Source: Anaerolineae bacterium | GTDB taxonomy: Bacteria; Chloroflexota; Anaerolineae; S140-20 | Length of the DNA stretch: 19,206 bases | Assembly (NCBI GenBank): GCA_027021705.1 | Contig: JALUTT010000009.1 | Location: 1 to 19,206, forward strand | Direction: 5' to 3' | Part shown: piece after piece, positions 1 through 11,038 of the stretch | Layout: every line of letters starts with the position of its first letter | Position numbering within the stretch: position 1 is the first letter of the stretch | The notes under the pieces: generated by a model | Database searches by the model: none | The model's input: the letters and a program-made list of their open reading frames with translations, nothing else | What the model was told of the DNA's origin: nothing | Made by a program: the position numbers and the translations under genes

Positions 1-180
1 CCGCCCTCGGGGAACGCCCCCCACCCCCAGCGCCCGGTCCAGAGCCAGCGAACCGGTGGGAATCACCTCCACCTGCAAGTGGGTCGCCTCCCCCAGCCGC
101 ATAATCGCCCCCTCGCCAAAACGCTTGACGATGGTGCTCAGAGCCCGTTCCAGCGCTTCTGCACGTCCGTCCAGATTCAT
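1..180 (-). CDS. recA: Recombinase RecA, 5' part (runs off the left edge)
   Basis: Manual translation from ATG at 180 gives [60 protein letters not shown], the classic RecA N-terminus. AAGGAGG RBS just upstream. Not in the ORF track because it is truncated. Confidence 0.96.
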   Translation of the reverse strand, partial: MNLDGRAEALERALSTIVKRFGEGAIMRLGEATHLQVEVIPTGSLALDRALGVGGVPRGR

Positions 181-239
181 AATGCGCCTCCTTACAGCAA
201 ACCGGTTAGTCTGGAAACCTACCCCTTCCGTTATCCTAT

Positions 240-268
240 AGCTTAGCACAAACGTTCTCTGCTGTCAA
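240..268 (-). promoter_or_regulatory. sigma70-type promoter of recA
   Basis: Minus strand TTGACA (268-263), 17-bp spacer, TAAGCT (245-240). Confidence 0.75.
245..258 (-). promoter_or_regulatory. Putative LexA (SOS) box, GAAC-N4-GTTC type
   Basis: Minus strand AGAACGTTTGTGCT, one mismatch to AGAAC-N4-GTTCT, lying in the -35/-10 spacer of the recA promoter. Confidence 0.7.
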
Positions 269-284
269 GGCCATCCGGCCCGTT

Positions 285-395
285 TTGAGCCCCCTGACAT
301 ATTTCCCAGGGACCCTCCCGCAGGTTCCGCCTCATAGCTATGGCCCCCACCGGGCACCGCGTGACCGGCAGGAGGATGACAACGATCAGGTAGCT
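285..395 (+). repeat. Palindromic intergenic element, type B copy 1
   Basis: Arms ACCCTCCCGCAGGTT (312-326) and GTGACCGGCAGGAGGATGACAAC (361-383). Homologous to the reverse complement of 6828-6900. Imperfect outer IR AGCCCCCTGA (288-297) / TCAGGTAGCT (386-395). Confidence 0.75.
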
Positions 396-423
396 AGGCC
401 CGATTTTTAAATCGAGCGCTTTG

Positions 424-432
424 TGGTACAAT
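424..432 (+). promoter_or_regulatory. Extended -10 promoter element upstream of trmFO
   Basis: TGG-TACAAT (TGn + -10 at 427-432) about 50 bp upstream of the ATG; no good -35. Confidence 0.5.
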
Positions 433-482
433 GATAAGCAAGCAGGAGGCAAGGGGCATTCCGCTCCCGAGGAGAAACCTGG

Positions 483-1808
483 ATGACGGAACTGATCGTG
501 ATCGGCGGCGGCCTGGCCGGCAGCGAAGCCGCCTGGCAGGCCGCTCAACGGGGAATCTCGGTGACCCTCTACGAGATGCGCCCGGTGCGGATGACGCCGG
601 CCCACGTCACGGACCGGCTGGCCGAGCTGGTCTGCAGCAACTCCCTGGGGTCGAAGCTGGTGGATCGGGCCCCCGGCCTGCTCAAGGAGGAACTGCGCCG
701 GCTGGATTCCCTCATCCTCGCCTGCGCCGAGGAGGCCGCCGTCCCGGCCGGCGGCGCCCTGGCGGTAGACCGGGAGCGCTTTGCCGCGTTGGTCACCCGG
801 CGCATCGAGAGCCACCCTCGCATCACCGTCCGCCGGGAGGAGGTGACCACCATCCCCGACACGCCGACCATCATCGCCACGGGACCGCTCACCTCCGACG
901 CCCTGGCCCAGGAGATCGCCCGGCTGACCGGCCAGGACGCCCTTTACTTCTACGACGCGATGGCCCCCATCGTCACCTACGAGTCCATCAACATGGAAGT
1001 CGCCTTCCGCGCCTCCCGCTACGGGCGGGGTGAGGCCGAGGACGGCGACTACATCAACTGCCCCCTCACCCAAGAGGAGTACGACCGCTTCGTCGAGGCG
1101 CTGGTGACCGCCGAGCGGATCCCCCTTCGTGACTTCGAGCGGGAGGACCCCCGCTTCTTCGAGGGCTGCCTGCCCATCGAGGAGCTGGCCCGCCGGGGCC
1201 ACGAAGCGCTGGCCTTCGGCCCCTTGCGGCCGGTGGGGCTGGTGGACCCCCGCACCGGCAGGCGGCCCTACGCCGTCGTCCAGCTCCGGCAGGACAACCT
1301 GGCCGGCACCCTCTACAACCTGGTCGGCTTCCAGACCAACCTACGCTGGGGGGAGCAGCGTCGCGTCTTCCGCATGATCCCCGGCCTGGAGGAGGCCGAG
1401 TTCGTCCGTTACGGCCAGATGCACCGCAACACCTTCATCAACGCTCCCCTGTTGCTGGAGCCGACGATGCAGTTCCGCCGCCGGCCTGACCTCTTCTTCG
1501 CCGGTCAGATCACCGGTGTGGAGGGCTACGTGGGCAACGCCGCCACCGGCTGGGTGGCCGGCTTCAACGCGGCCCGGCTGCTGCGCGGCAAGCCGCCGGT
1601 GGCCTTGCCCCGCACCACGATGATCGGTGCCCTCTGCCACTACGTGAGCCACGCTGACCCCGGCACTTTTCAGCCGATGAAGGCCAACTTCGGCCTGCTG
1701 CCCCCTCTGCCCCGTCGCTACCGGAAGAAGCGCGAGCGGTACCGGGCTTACGCCGAGCGGGCCCTGGCCGACCTGCAGGTATGGAGGGTGGAAGTTGAAG
1801 ATGCGTAA
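483..1808 (+). CDS. trmFO: Folate/FAD-dependent tRNA (uracil-54)-methyltransferase TrmFO (Gid)
   Basis: 441 aa. [17 protein letters not shown] motif, [50 protein letters not shown] and FQPMKANFG are TrmFO signatures. Confidence 0.97.
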   Translation: MTELIVIGGGLAGSEAAWQAAQRGISVTLYEMRPVRMTPAHVTDRLAELVCSNSLGSKLVDRAPGLLKEELRRLDSLILACAEEAAVPAGGALAVDRERFAALVTRRIESHPRITVRREEVTTIPDTPTIIATGPLTSDALAQEIARLTGQDALYFYDAMAPIVTYESINMEVAFRASRYGRGEAEDGDYINCPLTQEEYDRFVEALVTAERIPLRDFEREDPRFFEGCLPIEELARRGHEALAFGPLRPVGLVDPRTGRRPYAVVQLRQDNLAGTLYNLVGFQTNLRWGEQRRVFRMIPGLEEAEFVRYGQMHRNTFINAPLLLEPTMQFRRRPDLFFAGQITGVEGYVGNAATGWVAGFNAARLLRGKPPVALPRTTMIGALCHYVSHADPGTFQPMKANFGLLPPLPRRYRKKRERYRAYAERALADLQVWRVEVEDA

Positions 1809-2745
1809 GGGGTGGCTCCTGCTCGTCCTGGGCCTTTCGTTGACCCTTGCCGCCTGTGCAGCACGAGAAGGGGAGGAGATCGCCTCACCCCTCTCCCCCC
1901 TGGCCTCGCCCCTCCTGCCCACCCGGCCCCTGCCCTCCCCTACCCCCATCCCTCCTGCCCGGTTCGACGGCCAGCGAGCCTACGAGCACGTGCTGGCCCA
2001 GATGGCCCTGGGGCCCCGCCCCCCGGGTAGCCCGGCCAACCAGGCCGTCGGCGACTACATCATCGCCCAACTGGAGGCCCAGGGATGGACGGTGGTCACC
2101 CAGACCTTCCCCTACCGGGGGACCTCCCTGCGCAACATCATCGGTCGGGCCGGCGAAGGGGCGGTGGTGATCGTGGGGGCCCACTACGACACCCGCCGGC
2201 GGGCCGACCAGGACCCCCAGAACCCCGACCAGCCCGTCCCCGGGGCCAACGATGGGGCCAGCGGAGTCGCCGTCCTCCTGGAGTTGGCCCGCTCCCTGGA
2301 CAAGGCGAAGCTCCAGCGCCAGGTCTGGCTCACGTTCTTCGACGCCGAGGACAACGGTGGCCTGGATGGCTGGGAGTGGCTGGTCGGCTCGACCTATATG
2401 GCCGAGCACCTGGAGGTCCGACCGGAAGCGATGATCTTGGTGGACATGGTGGGCGATGCCGACCAGCAGCTCTACTTCGAGCAGAACTCGACGCCGGCCC
2501 TCCGCCAGCGGATATGGGCGCTGGCCGCCGAACTGGGGTACGGCGACGTCTTCACCCCCACCGTCAAGTGGTCCCTCTTCGACGATCACACCCCTTTCCT
2601 CCGCCGGGGCATCCCGGCGGTGGACATCATTGACTTCGACTATCCCTACTGGCATACCACTCAGGATACGGCGGATAAAGTGAGTCCTTTGAGTCTGGAA
2701 CGGGTTGGACGAGTAGTCGAGGCGTTGTTGGAGGCCTGGAAGTGA
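1801..2745 (+). CDS. M28-family lipoprotein, glutaminyl-peptide cyclotransferase-like
   Basis: ATG at 1801 overlaps the trmFO end. Signal peptide with lipobox LAA-C, Pro-rich linker, then [38 protein letters not shown] and YWHT motifs. Confidence 0.88.
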   Translation: MRKGWLLLVLGLSLTLAACAAREGEEIASPLSPLASPLLPTRPLPSPTPIPPARFDGQRAYEHVLAQMALGPRPPGSPANQAVGDYIIAQLEAQGWTVVTQTFPYRGTSLRNIIGRAGEGAVVIVGAHYDTRRRADQDPQNPDQPVPGANDGASGVAVLLELARSLDKAKLQRQVWLTFFDAEDNGGLDGWEWLVGSTYMAEHLEVRPEAMILVDMVGDADQQLYFEQNSTPALRQRIWALAAELGYGDVFTPTVKWSLFDDHTPFLRRGIPAVDIIDFDYPYWHTTQDTADKVSPLSLERVGRVVEALLEAWK

Positions 2746-4058
2746 CGGCATCGGACATTACCGCTTACACCTTGCGACCGGATGCGAAACTGGCGGCCTG
2801 GCTGCGCCACCAGGAACGAGCCATCGTTCCCCCCTGGATCAAGATGGCCCAGAAGGTGAGCCCCACCGAGTACCGGGGGGTCTCTACCCGCCGCCTGGAG
2901 AGCGCCCAGCTCCTGGACTTCTTCGACGGGCTCGTCGAGGCGGTCCAGCGTGGCAACACCATTAGCCTGGACAAGGCCATCGAGGGGCTGGTCGCCGAGC
3001 GGCTGGGACGGGGCTACAAGCTGACCGACTTCCTCTGGATCGCCGACGCCCTGAAAGTCTCCATCTGGCGGACGGCTCGGAAGGCCCTTCCCGCCGATCG
3101 AGCATTGGATGCCCTGGAGAAGCTGGAGCCCATCTTCGCCCACAGCGTGAGCCGGCTGGCCTGGCTCGCCAGCCGGGCGGCCGAGGCCCACCTGGAAGAG
3201 GAGTTGGAACGGACCCGCTGGAACCTGGCCCGCCTGGACCGCACCAAATCGGACTTCATCAGCATCGCCGCCCACGAACTGAAGACACCCCTCACCCTGA
3301 TCCAGGGCTATTCGTCCATCCTCTTCAGCGAACTGGAACGGCACGGAAAGGATAACCCCCGGCTGCACAACGCCCTGCAGGGGCTCGTCCGGGGGGCCGA
3401 GCGGCTACACGCCATCATCCGGGACATGATTGACGTCTCGATGATTGACAGCAACGTCTTGACGCTCAACTACCAGCCCGTCAACCTGGTCGCCCTGGTG
3501 CGTATGGTCGTCAGCGACCTGAAAAAGGAAGCGGTGGACCGAGACGTGGCGATTCGGATCGCTCCCTTCCCCGAGGAGGTGGGCTCCCTCTTCGGCGACC
3601 CCCACCGGCTTTACCAGGTCTTCAACAACGTCATCGGCAACGCCATCAAGTATACCCCCGATGGCGGGCAGATCACGGTGGACGCCCGGGTGCTGCCGGG
3701 TCGGGAGGGCACCCCCGACTTCGTCGAGGTGCGGGTGGCCGACACCGGCATCGGCATCCCGCCGGAGGACCTTCCGTACATCTTCGACAAGTTCTACCGG
3801 ATCGGCGATACGGACCTCCACTCCACCGGGAAGACCAAGTTCAAGGGAGGCGGGCCAGGGCTGGGGCTCGCCATCGCCAAGGGGGTCATCGAGGCCCACG
3901 GTGGGCGCATCTGGGCCGAGAGCCCCGGCTACGATGAGGAGCGGTGTCCAGGGACGACGATGCACATCCTGCTCCCCCTCCACCGCCAACCGCCGGAGCG
4001 GGCCTCGGAACGGCTCCTGGGGCTCGAGGCGGACCGGCCACCATCGAAACTGGACTGA
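2742..4058 (+). CDS. Cytoplasmic sensor histidine kinase (helical N-terminal domain, possibly RsbRD_N-like; HisKA + HATPase_c)
   Basis: GTGA overlap with the upstream stop. H-box FISIAAHELKTPLT, N-box NNVIGNAIKYT, G1 DTGIGI, F-box IFDKFYR, G2 GPGLGLAI. No transmembrane segment. Confidence 0.92.
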   Translation: MTASDITAYTLRPDAKLAAWLRHQERAIVPPWIKMAQKVSPTEYRGVSTRRLESAQLLDFFDGLVEAVQRGNTISLDKAIEGLVAERLGRGYKLTDFLWIADALKVSIWRTARKALPADRALDALEKLEPIFAHSVSRLAWLASRAAEAHLEEELERTRWNLARLDRTKSDFISIAAHELKTPLTLIQGYSSILFSELERHGKDNPRLHNALQGLVRGAERLHAIIRDMIDVSMIDSNVLTLNYQPVNLVALVRMVVSDLKKEAVDRDVAIRIAPFPEEVGSLFGDPHRLYQVFNNVIGNAIKYTPDGGQITVDARVLPGREGTPDFVEVRVADTGIGIPPEDLPYIFDKFYRIGDTDLHSTGKTKFKGGGPGLGLAIAKGVIEAHGGRIWAESPGYDEERCPGTTMHILLPLHRQPPERASERLLGLEADRPPSKLD

Positions 4059-4066
4059 GGCAGAAC

Positions 4067-4183
4067 TGTTCACCCTCCCGCAGGTTAGGCGCGTTTCCGA
4101 CGCGAAACCGTGCTTCCAATAGCCCATCGGGGCTAAAAGCGCCCTCGACCGGTGACCTGCGGGAGGGTAGGCTGAATAGATAC
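4067..4183 (+). repeat. 117-bp structured intergenic element, type A copy 1
   Basis: 114/117 identical to 5532-5648. Perfect 14-bp IR ACCCTCCCGCAGGT (4072-4085) / ACCTGCGGGAGGGT (4155-4168). Confidence 0.95.
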
Positions 4184-4217
4184 CTCAGATCAAACATTCC
4201 GGAGGCATAGGATACGT

Positions 4218-5426
4218 ATGGAACTCTCTCGCCGTCTTCGCGATTTTCCCGCCTACATCTTCGCTCGGGTGGGGCAGCGCATCACCGAGCTGCGGGCTCA
4301 GGGGCTGGACGTCATCCGGCTGGACATCGGCAGCCCCGATATGCCCCCCGCCCCCCACATCCTAGAGGCACTGCACCGCTCAGCCGACGACCCCACCCAC
4401 CACAGCTACGCCGGCTACTTCGGCATCCCTGAACTCCGCCAGGCCATCGCCGATTACTACGCCCGGCGCTTCAACGTGACCCTGGATCCCGATCGCCAGG
4501 TCCTGCCCCTCATCGGCTCCAAGGAGGGGATCTACAACCTGGCCTTCGCCTTCGTGGATCCTGGCGACATCGTCCTGGTTCCCGATCCCGGCTACCCGAC
4601 CTACCAGGCAGGGGCCTTGCTGGCCGGTGGGGTCCTCTACACGCTCCCCCTGCGGGCTGAGAACGACTTCCTCCCCGACCTGAGCGCGATTCCGGTGGAA
4701 GTGGCCCGGCGGGCCAAGCTCCTCTGGCTGAACTACCCTAACAACCCGACGACGGCCTGTGCCCCCCTCGACTTCTTCGCCGAGGCGGTGGAGTTCGCTC
4801 ACGAGTACGACCTCCTGCTCTGCCACGATGCCCCCTACACCGAAGTGACCTACGATGGCTACGTCGCCCCCAGCCTGCTCCAGGTGCCCGGGGCCCACGA
4901 GGTCGCCATCGAGTTCAACTCCCTCTCCAAGACCTACAACATGGCCGGCTGGCGGGTGGGCATGGCCGTGGGCAACGCGATGGCCGTGAGCGCCCTGGCC
5001 CGCCTCAAGAGCAACATTGACTCCGGCCTCCCCCGCCCTGTTCAGGACGCCGCCGTAGCTGCCCTGACCGGCGACCAGAGTTGGCTGGTCGAGCGCAACG
5101 CCATCTACCGGGAGCGCCGGGAGATCATCCTGGCCGCCCTGGCCGATGTGGGGATGCCGGCCCGCGTTCCCCAAGCCACCCTCTACGTCTGGGCCCAGGT
5201 CCCCGCCGGAATGAGCAGCCTGGAGTTCACCGACGCCCTGCTGGAGGAGCAGGGCGTCGCCCTGGCCCCGGGGACCGCCTTCGGTCCCCACGGGGAGGGG
5301 TACGTCCGTATCTCCGTTGGAGCCCCCACCCAGCGGATTCGGGAGGCGATGGGTCGGCTGCGGGCCTTCGCCGAGGGCCGGCGACTCGATACCCTCCCGG
5401 TGCCCGGCACCTACCGCGTTATGTGA
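4218..5426 (+). CDS. dapL: Class I/II PLP aminotransferase, probably LL-diaminopimelate aminotransferase
   Basis: 402 aa. PAYIFARV, IGSKEGI, NYPNNPT, HDAPYTE, EFNSLSKTYNMAGWRVG (PLP lysine), KSNIDSG and GEGYVRIS match the LL-DAP-AT-type subfamily. Specificity is inferred. Confidence 0.75.
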   Translation: MELSRRLRDFPAYIFARVGQRITELRAQGLDVIRLDIGSPDMPPAPHILEALHRSADDPTHHSYAGYFGIPELRQAIADYYARRFNVTLDPDRQVLPLIGSKEGIYNLAFAFVDPGDIVLVPDPGYPTYQAGALLAGGVLYTLPLRAENDFLPDLSAIPVEVARRAKLLWLNYPNNPTTACAPLDFFAEAVEFAHEYDLLLCHDAPYTEVTYDGYVAPSLLQVPGAHEVAIEFNSLSKTYNMAGWRVGMAVGNAMAVSALARLKSNIDSGLPRPVQDAAVAALTGDQSWLVERNAIYRERREIILAALADVGMPARVPQATLYVWAQVPAGMSSLEFTDALLEEQGVALAPGTAFGPHGEGYVRISVGAPTQRIREAMGRLRAFAEGRRLDTLPVPGTYRVM

Positions 5427-5431
5427 ATGGC

Positions 5432-5460
5432 TGGACAAAAGCGCCAATCTGGTGTAAGAT
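5432..5460 (+). promoter_or_regulatory. sigma70-type promoter upstream of the M42 peptidase
   Basis: TGGACA (5432-5437), 17-bp spacer, TAAGAT (5455-5460). Confidence 0.6.
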
Positions 5461-5531
5461 ACCCCTGCTGTCGGAGCCTGAGAAGGAGCCTCAGAGAAGC
5501 CGCTTCTCCTTCAGGCTCCGGTTGTCTGTAG

Positions 5532-5648
5532 TGTTCACCCTCCCGCAGGTTAGGCGCGTTTCCGACGCGAAACCGTGCTTCCAATAGCCCATCGGGGCTG
5601 AAAGCGCCCTCGATCGGTGACCTGCGGGAGGATAGGCTGAATAGATAC
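5532..5648 (+). repeat. 117-bp structured intergenic element, type A copy 2
   Basis: Direct repeat of 4067-4183 (offset 1465) with 3 substitutions (4135A/5600G, 4149C/5614T, 4167G/5632A). Confidence 0.95.
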
Positions 5649-5676
5649 TCTGTAGCAACGAATGATTGGAGAGCCA

Positions 5677-6741
5677 ATGGACGAACGGGAGAAGCTGTTG
5701 CAGGCGCTGACCGAGGCCCACGGGGTGCCTGGTTACGAACAGGAAGTGCGGGCGCTGCTGCGGAGCTACCTGGACTCCCTGGGGGAGATCACCCAGGACA
5801 AGATCGGTAGCCTGATCTGCCGGCAGGGGGACGAAGCCCCTCGGGTGATGCTGGCCGCCCATATGGACGAGATCGGATTCATGGTGCGCCACATCACCGA
5901 TGAAGGATTCCTCAAGTTCGTGCCCCTGGGGGGGTGGTGGGACCAGGTGCTGCTGGGCCAGCGGGTGCTCGTCAAGACCCACCGGGGCGACGTGATCGGT
6001 GTGATCGGGGCCAAGCCGCCCCACCTGCTCCCCCAGGATGAGCGGAAGAAGCTGGTCGAGAAGAAGGCGATGTACATTGACATCGGCGCCACCTCCCGCG
6101 AGGAGGTTGAGGAGGCCGGCGTCCGGGTCGGTGATCCCGTGGTGCCCGACAGCCGTTTCGCCGTCCTGGCCAGCGGGAAGACCTACCTGGCCAAGGCCTT
6201 CGATGACCGGGTGGGATGCGCCTTGCTGGTCGAGGTGATGCGCCACTTCGCCGACCGCCCCCACCCCAACACCCTCTACGGCGTTGTCACCGTCCAGGAA
6301 GAGGTTGGCCTGCGCGGAGCCACGACCAGCGTCGAGGTGGTGAACCCCGACGTGGCCATCATCCTGGAGTCGGACATCGCCGGCGACGTCCCCGGCATCA
6401 AACCCGAGGAGTCGGCCATCAAGCTGGGGAAAGGCCCCTCCCTCCTGCTCTACGACGCCCGGATGATCCCCAACCTGAAGCTGCGCGATCTGGTGATCGA
6501 GACGGCCCAGCAGGAGGGCATTCCCCTGCAGTTCTCTGCGATGGAGCGGGGCGCGACGGACGGCGGGGCGATCCACCTGCACCGCGAGGGCGTGCCCACC
6601 GTCGTCCTGGGCGTGGCCGCCCGCCACATCCACAGCCACGGGGCCATCATCCATCGGGAGGACTACGAAGGCGCGCTGCGGCTGGTGACGGCGTTGGTGG
6701 CCCGCTTGGACGCAGAGACCGTGGCCGACCTGACCGTTTGA
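5677..6741 (+). CDS. M42 family (TET/FrvX-like) metalloaminopeptidase
   Basis: MLAAHMDEIG, LGGWW, IDIGA, KAFDDRVG, VQEEVGLRGA, GATDGGAIH and RHIHSH motifs. Start placed at ATG 5677 after GGAG. Confidence 0.93.
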   Translation: MDEREKLLQALTEAHGVPGYEQEVRALLRSYLDSLGEITQDKIGSLICRQGDEAPRVMLAAHMDEIGFMVRHITDEGFLKFVPLGGWWDQVLLGQRVLVKTHRGDVIGVIGAKPPHLLPQDERKKLVEKKAMYIDIGATSREEVEEAGVRVGDPVVPDSRFAVLASGKTYLAKAFDDRVGCALLVEVMRHFADRPHPNTLYGVVTVQEEVGLRGATTSVEVVNPDVAIILESDIAGDVPGIKPEESAIKLGKGPSLLLYDARMIPNLKLRDLVIETAQQEGIPLQFSAMERGATDGGAIHLHREGVPTVVLGVAARHIHSHGAIIHREDYEGALRLVTALVARLDAETVADLTV

Positions 6742-6746
6742 CGTCC

Positions 6747-6769
6747 GCACCGGCTCTCTGGGCCGGTGC
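6747..6769 (+). terminator. Hairpin after the M42 gene (possible terminator)
   Basis: GCACCGGC / GCCGGTGC 8-bp stem followed by a weakly T-rich tail. Confidence 0.45.
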
Positions 6770-6772
6770 TGC

Positions 6773-6800
6773 TTGTCATTTTCCCATCTCTGGGTATACT
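6773..6800 (+). promoter_or_regulatory. sigma70-type promoter directly upstream of atpA
   Basis: TTGTCA (6773-6778), 16-bp spacer, TATACT (6795-6800). Confidence 0.65.
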
Positions 6801-6827
6801 ATGCACGCTGGCGGCCAACCAAGGGCG

Positions 6828-6900
6828 GTTGTCATCCTCCCGCAGGTCACACCAGGGGGAACCTGCAGGAGGATCCCTGGGAATGGGTCAGGTAGCTCAA
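6828..6900 (-). repeat. Palindromic intergenic element, type B copy 2 (short interior)
   Basis: Stem ATCCTCCCGCAGGT (6834-6847) / ACCTGCAGGAGGAT (6861-6874). The reverse complement aligns with 285-383 (21/23 and 22/24 in the two arm regions). Confidence 0.78.
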
Positions 6901-6929
6901 GCAGCAGATAGCTTTTTCAGGAGGCATAT

Positions 6930-8618
6930 ATGGCTGAAGGGACTCCCGACACCTTGATGCAGATCGCGGAATCCTTGCGCGAGCAGATTGAAGCTTTCAC
7001 CCCCACGGTGGAAGCGGTGGAGGTGGGCGAGGTCATCGAGCTCGGCGACGGCATCGCCCGCGTCTCGGGCCTGTCCGGCGTCCGAATGAGCGAATTGGTG
7101 GAGTTCGAGAACGGGACGCTGGGCATCGCCTTCAACCTGGAGGCGGACAACGTCGGCATCATCATTATGGGCGATTACACCGCCATCGAAGAGGGGCAGA
7201 TGGTCCGGGCGACCGGGCGGATCATCTCGGTACCCGTCGGTGAAGCCCTCATCGGTCGCGTGGTCAACGCCTTGGGGCAGCCCATTGACGGCAAGGGGCC
7301 CATCAACACCGATCGCTATCGGCTCATCGAGCGTATTGCGCCCGGGGTGGTCGCTCGCCAGGATGTGGACACGCCGGTGCAGACGGGTATCAAAGCCATT
7401 GACGCAATGATCCCCATCGGACGGGGGCAGCGGGAGCTGATTATCGGCGACCGGCAGACGGGCAAATCGGCCATCGCCATTGACACCATCATCAACCAGA
7501 AGGGCCAGGACATGGTCTGCATCTACGTGGCCATCGGCCAGAAGCGGGCTCAGGTGGCCCGGGTGGTGGCGACGCTGGAGGAGCATGGGGCGATGGACTA
7601 CACCACCGTCGTCGTTGCCTCGGCGTCGGAGCCGGCCGCCCTCCAGTACATCGCCCCCTACGCCGGCTGCGCCATCGGCGAGGAGGTGATGGAGAACGGC
7701 GTCTGGATCGGCGATCGGCTGGTCAAGGACGCGCTGATCATCTACGACGACCTCTCCAAGCACGCCTGGGCCTACCGCCAGGTCTCCCTCCTGCTGCGCC
7801 GGCCGCCGGGACGTGAGGCCTATCCCGGCGACGTCTTCTACCTCCACTCCCGCCTGCTGGAGCGGGCCGCCCGCCTCACCGACAAGTGGTACATCGTCCC
7901 CAAGGATGCCCCCGACGATGCGGACCCGGTGGACGGCAAAGTCTACATCGGCAACTTGGCCAAGGAAGAGGTCCACGAGGCGCTGGAGAAGCTGGACAAT
8001 CCCGAGAACTACCGCATCGTGCGCATCCCCGGCGGCAGCCTGACCGCTCTCCCCATCATCGAGACCCTTCTGGGCGACGTCTCCGCCTACATCCCCACCA
8101 ACGTCATCTCCATCACCGACGGGCAGATCTACCTGGAGACGGACCTCTTCAACGCCGGCATCCGCCCCGCCATCAACGTCGGCATCTCCGTCTCCCGCGT
8201 CGGTGGCGACGCCCAGACCAAGGCGATGAAGCAGGTGGCCGGACGCTTGCGGCTGGACCTGGCCCAGTTCCGGGAGCTGGCCGCCTTCGCCCAGTTCAGC
8301 TCCGACCTGGACAAGACCACCCAGGCCCAGTTGGAGCGAGGCCAGCGGCTGACGGAGATCCTCAAGCAGCCCCAGTACGAGCCGATGTCCCTGGAGCACC
8401 AGGTCATGGCCATCTACGCTGGCACCCGAGGCCTCATTGACCACGTGCCGGTGGCCCAGGTCAAAGCCTGGGAGAACGACTTCCACCGCTTTATGGACAC
8501 CCAGTACCCCGACGTGGGCGAGGCCATTGCCCGGGAGAAGGAACTGACGCCGGAGATCGAGGCTCGGCTGCGGGAGGCCATCGAAGCCTTCAACCGGACC
8601 TGGGGGACAGGAGGGTAG
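6930..8618 (+). CDS. atpA: F1 ATP synthase subunit alpha
   Basis: [24 protein letters not shown] (P-loop), [23 protein letters not shown] and ITDGQI. Contains a long insertion at 7878-8030. Confidence 0.98.
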   Translation: MAEGTPDTLMQIAESLREQIEAFTPTVEAVEVGEVIELGDGIARVSGLSGVRMSELVEFENGTLGIAFNLEADNVGIIIMGDYTAIEEGQMVRATGRIISVPVGEALIGRVVNALGQPIDGKGPINTDRYRLIERIAPGVVARQDVDTPVQTGIKAIDAMIPIGRGQRELIIGDRQTGKSAIAIDTIINQKGQDMVCIYVAIGQKRAQVARVVATLEEHGAMDYTTVVVASASEPAALQYIAPYAGCAIGEEVMENGVWIGDRLVKDALIIYDDLSKHAWAYRQVSLLLRRPPGREAYPGDVFYLHSRLLERAARLTDKWYIVPKDAPDDADPVDGKVYIGNLAKEEVHEALEKLDNPENYRIVRIPGGSLTALPIIETLLGDVSAYIPTNVISITDGQIYLETDLFNAGIRPAINVGISVSRVGGDAQTKAMKQVAGRLRLDLAQFRELAAFAQFSSDLDKTTQAQLERGQRLTEILKQPQYEPMSLEHQVMAIYAGTRGLIDHVPVAQVKAWENDFHRFMDTQYPDVGEAIAREKELTPEIEARLREAIEAFNRTWGTGG

Positions 8619-8620
8619 CG

Positions 8621-11012
<2,392 letters not shown>

Positions 11013-11038
11013 CTTGCATCGGGGTTTCCCGGCAACCG

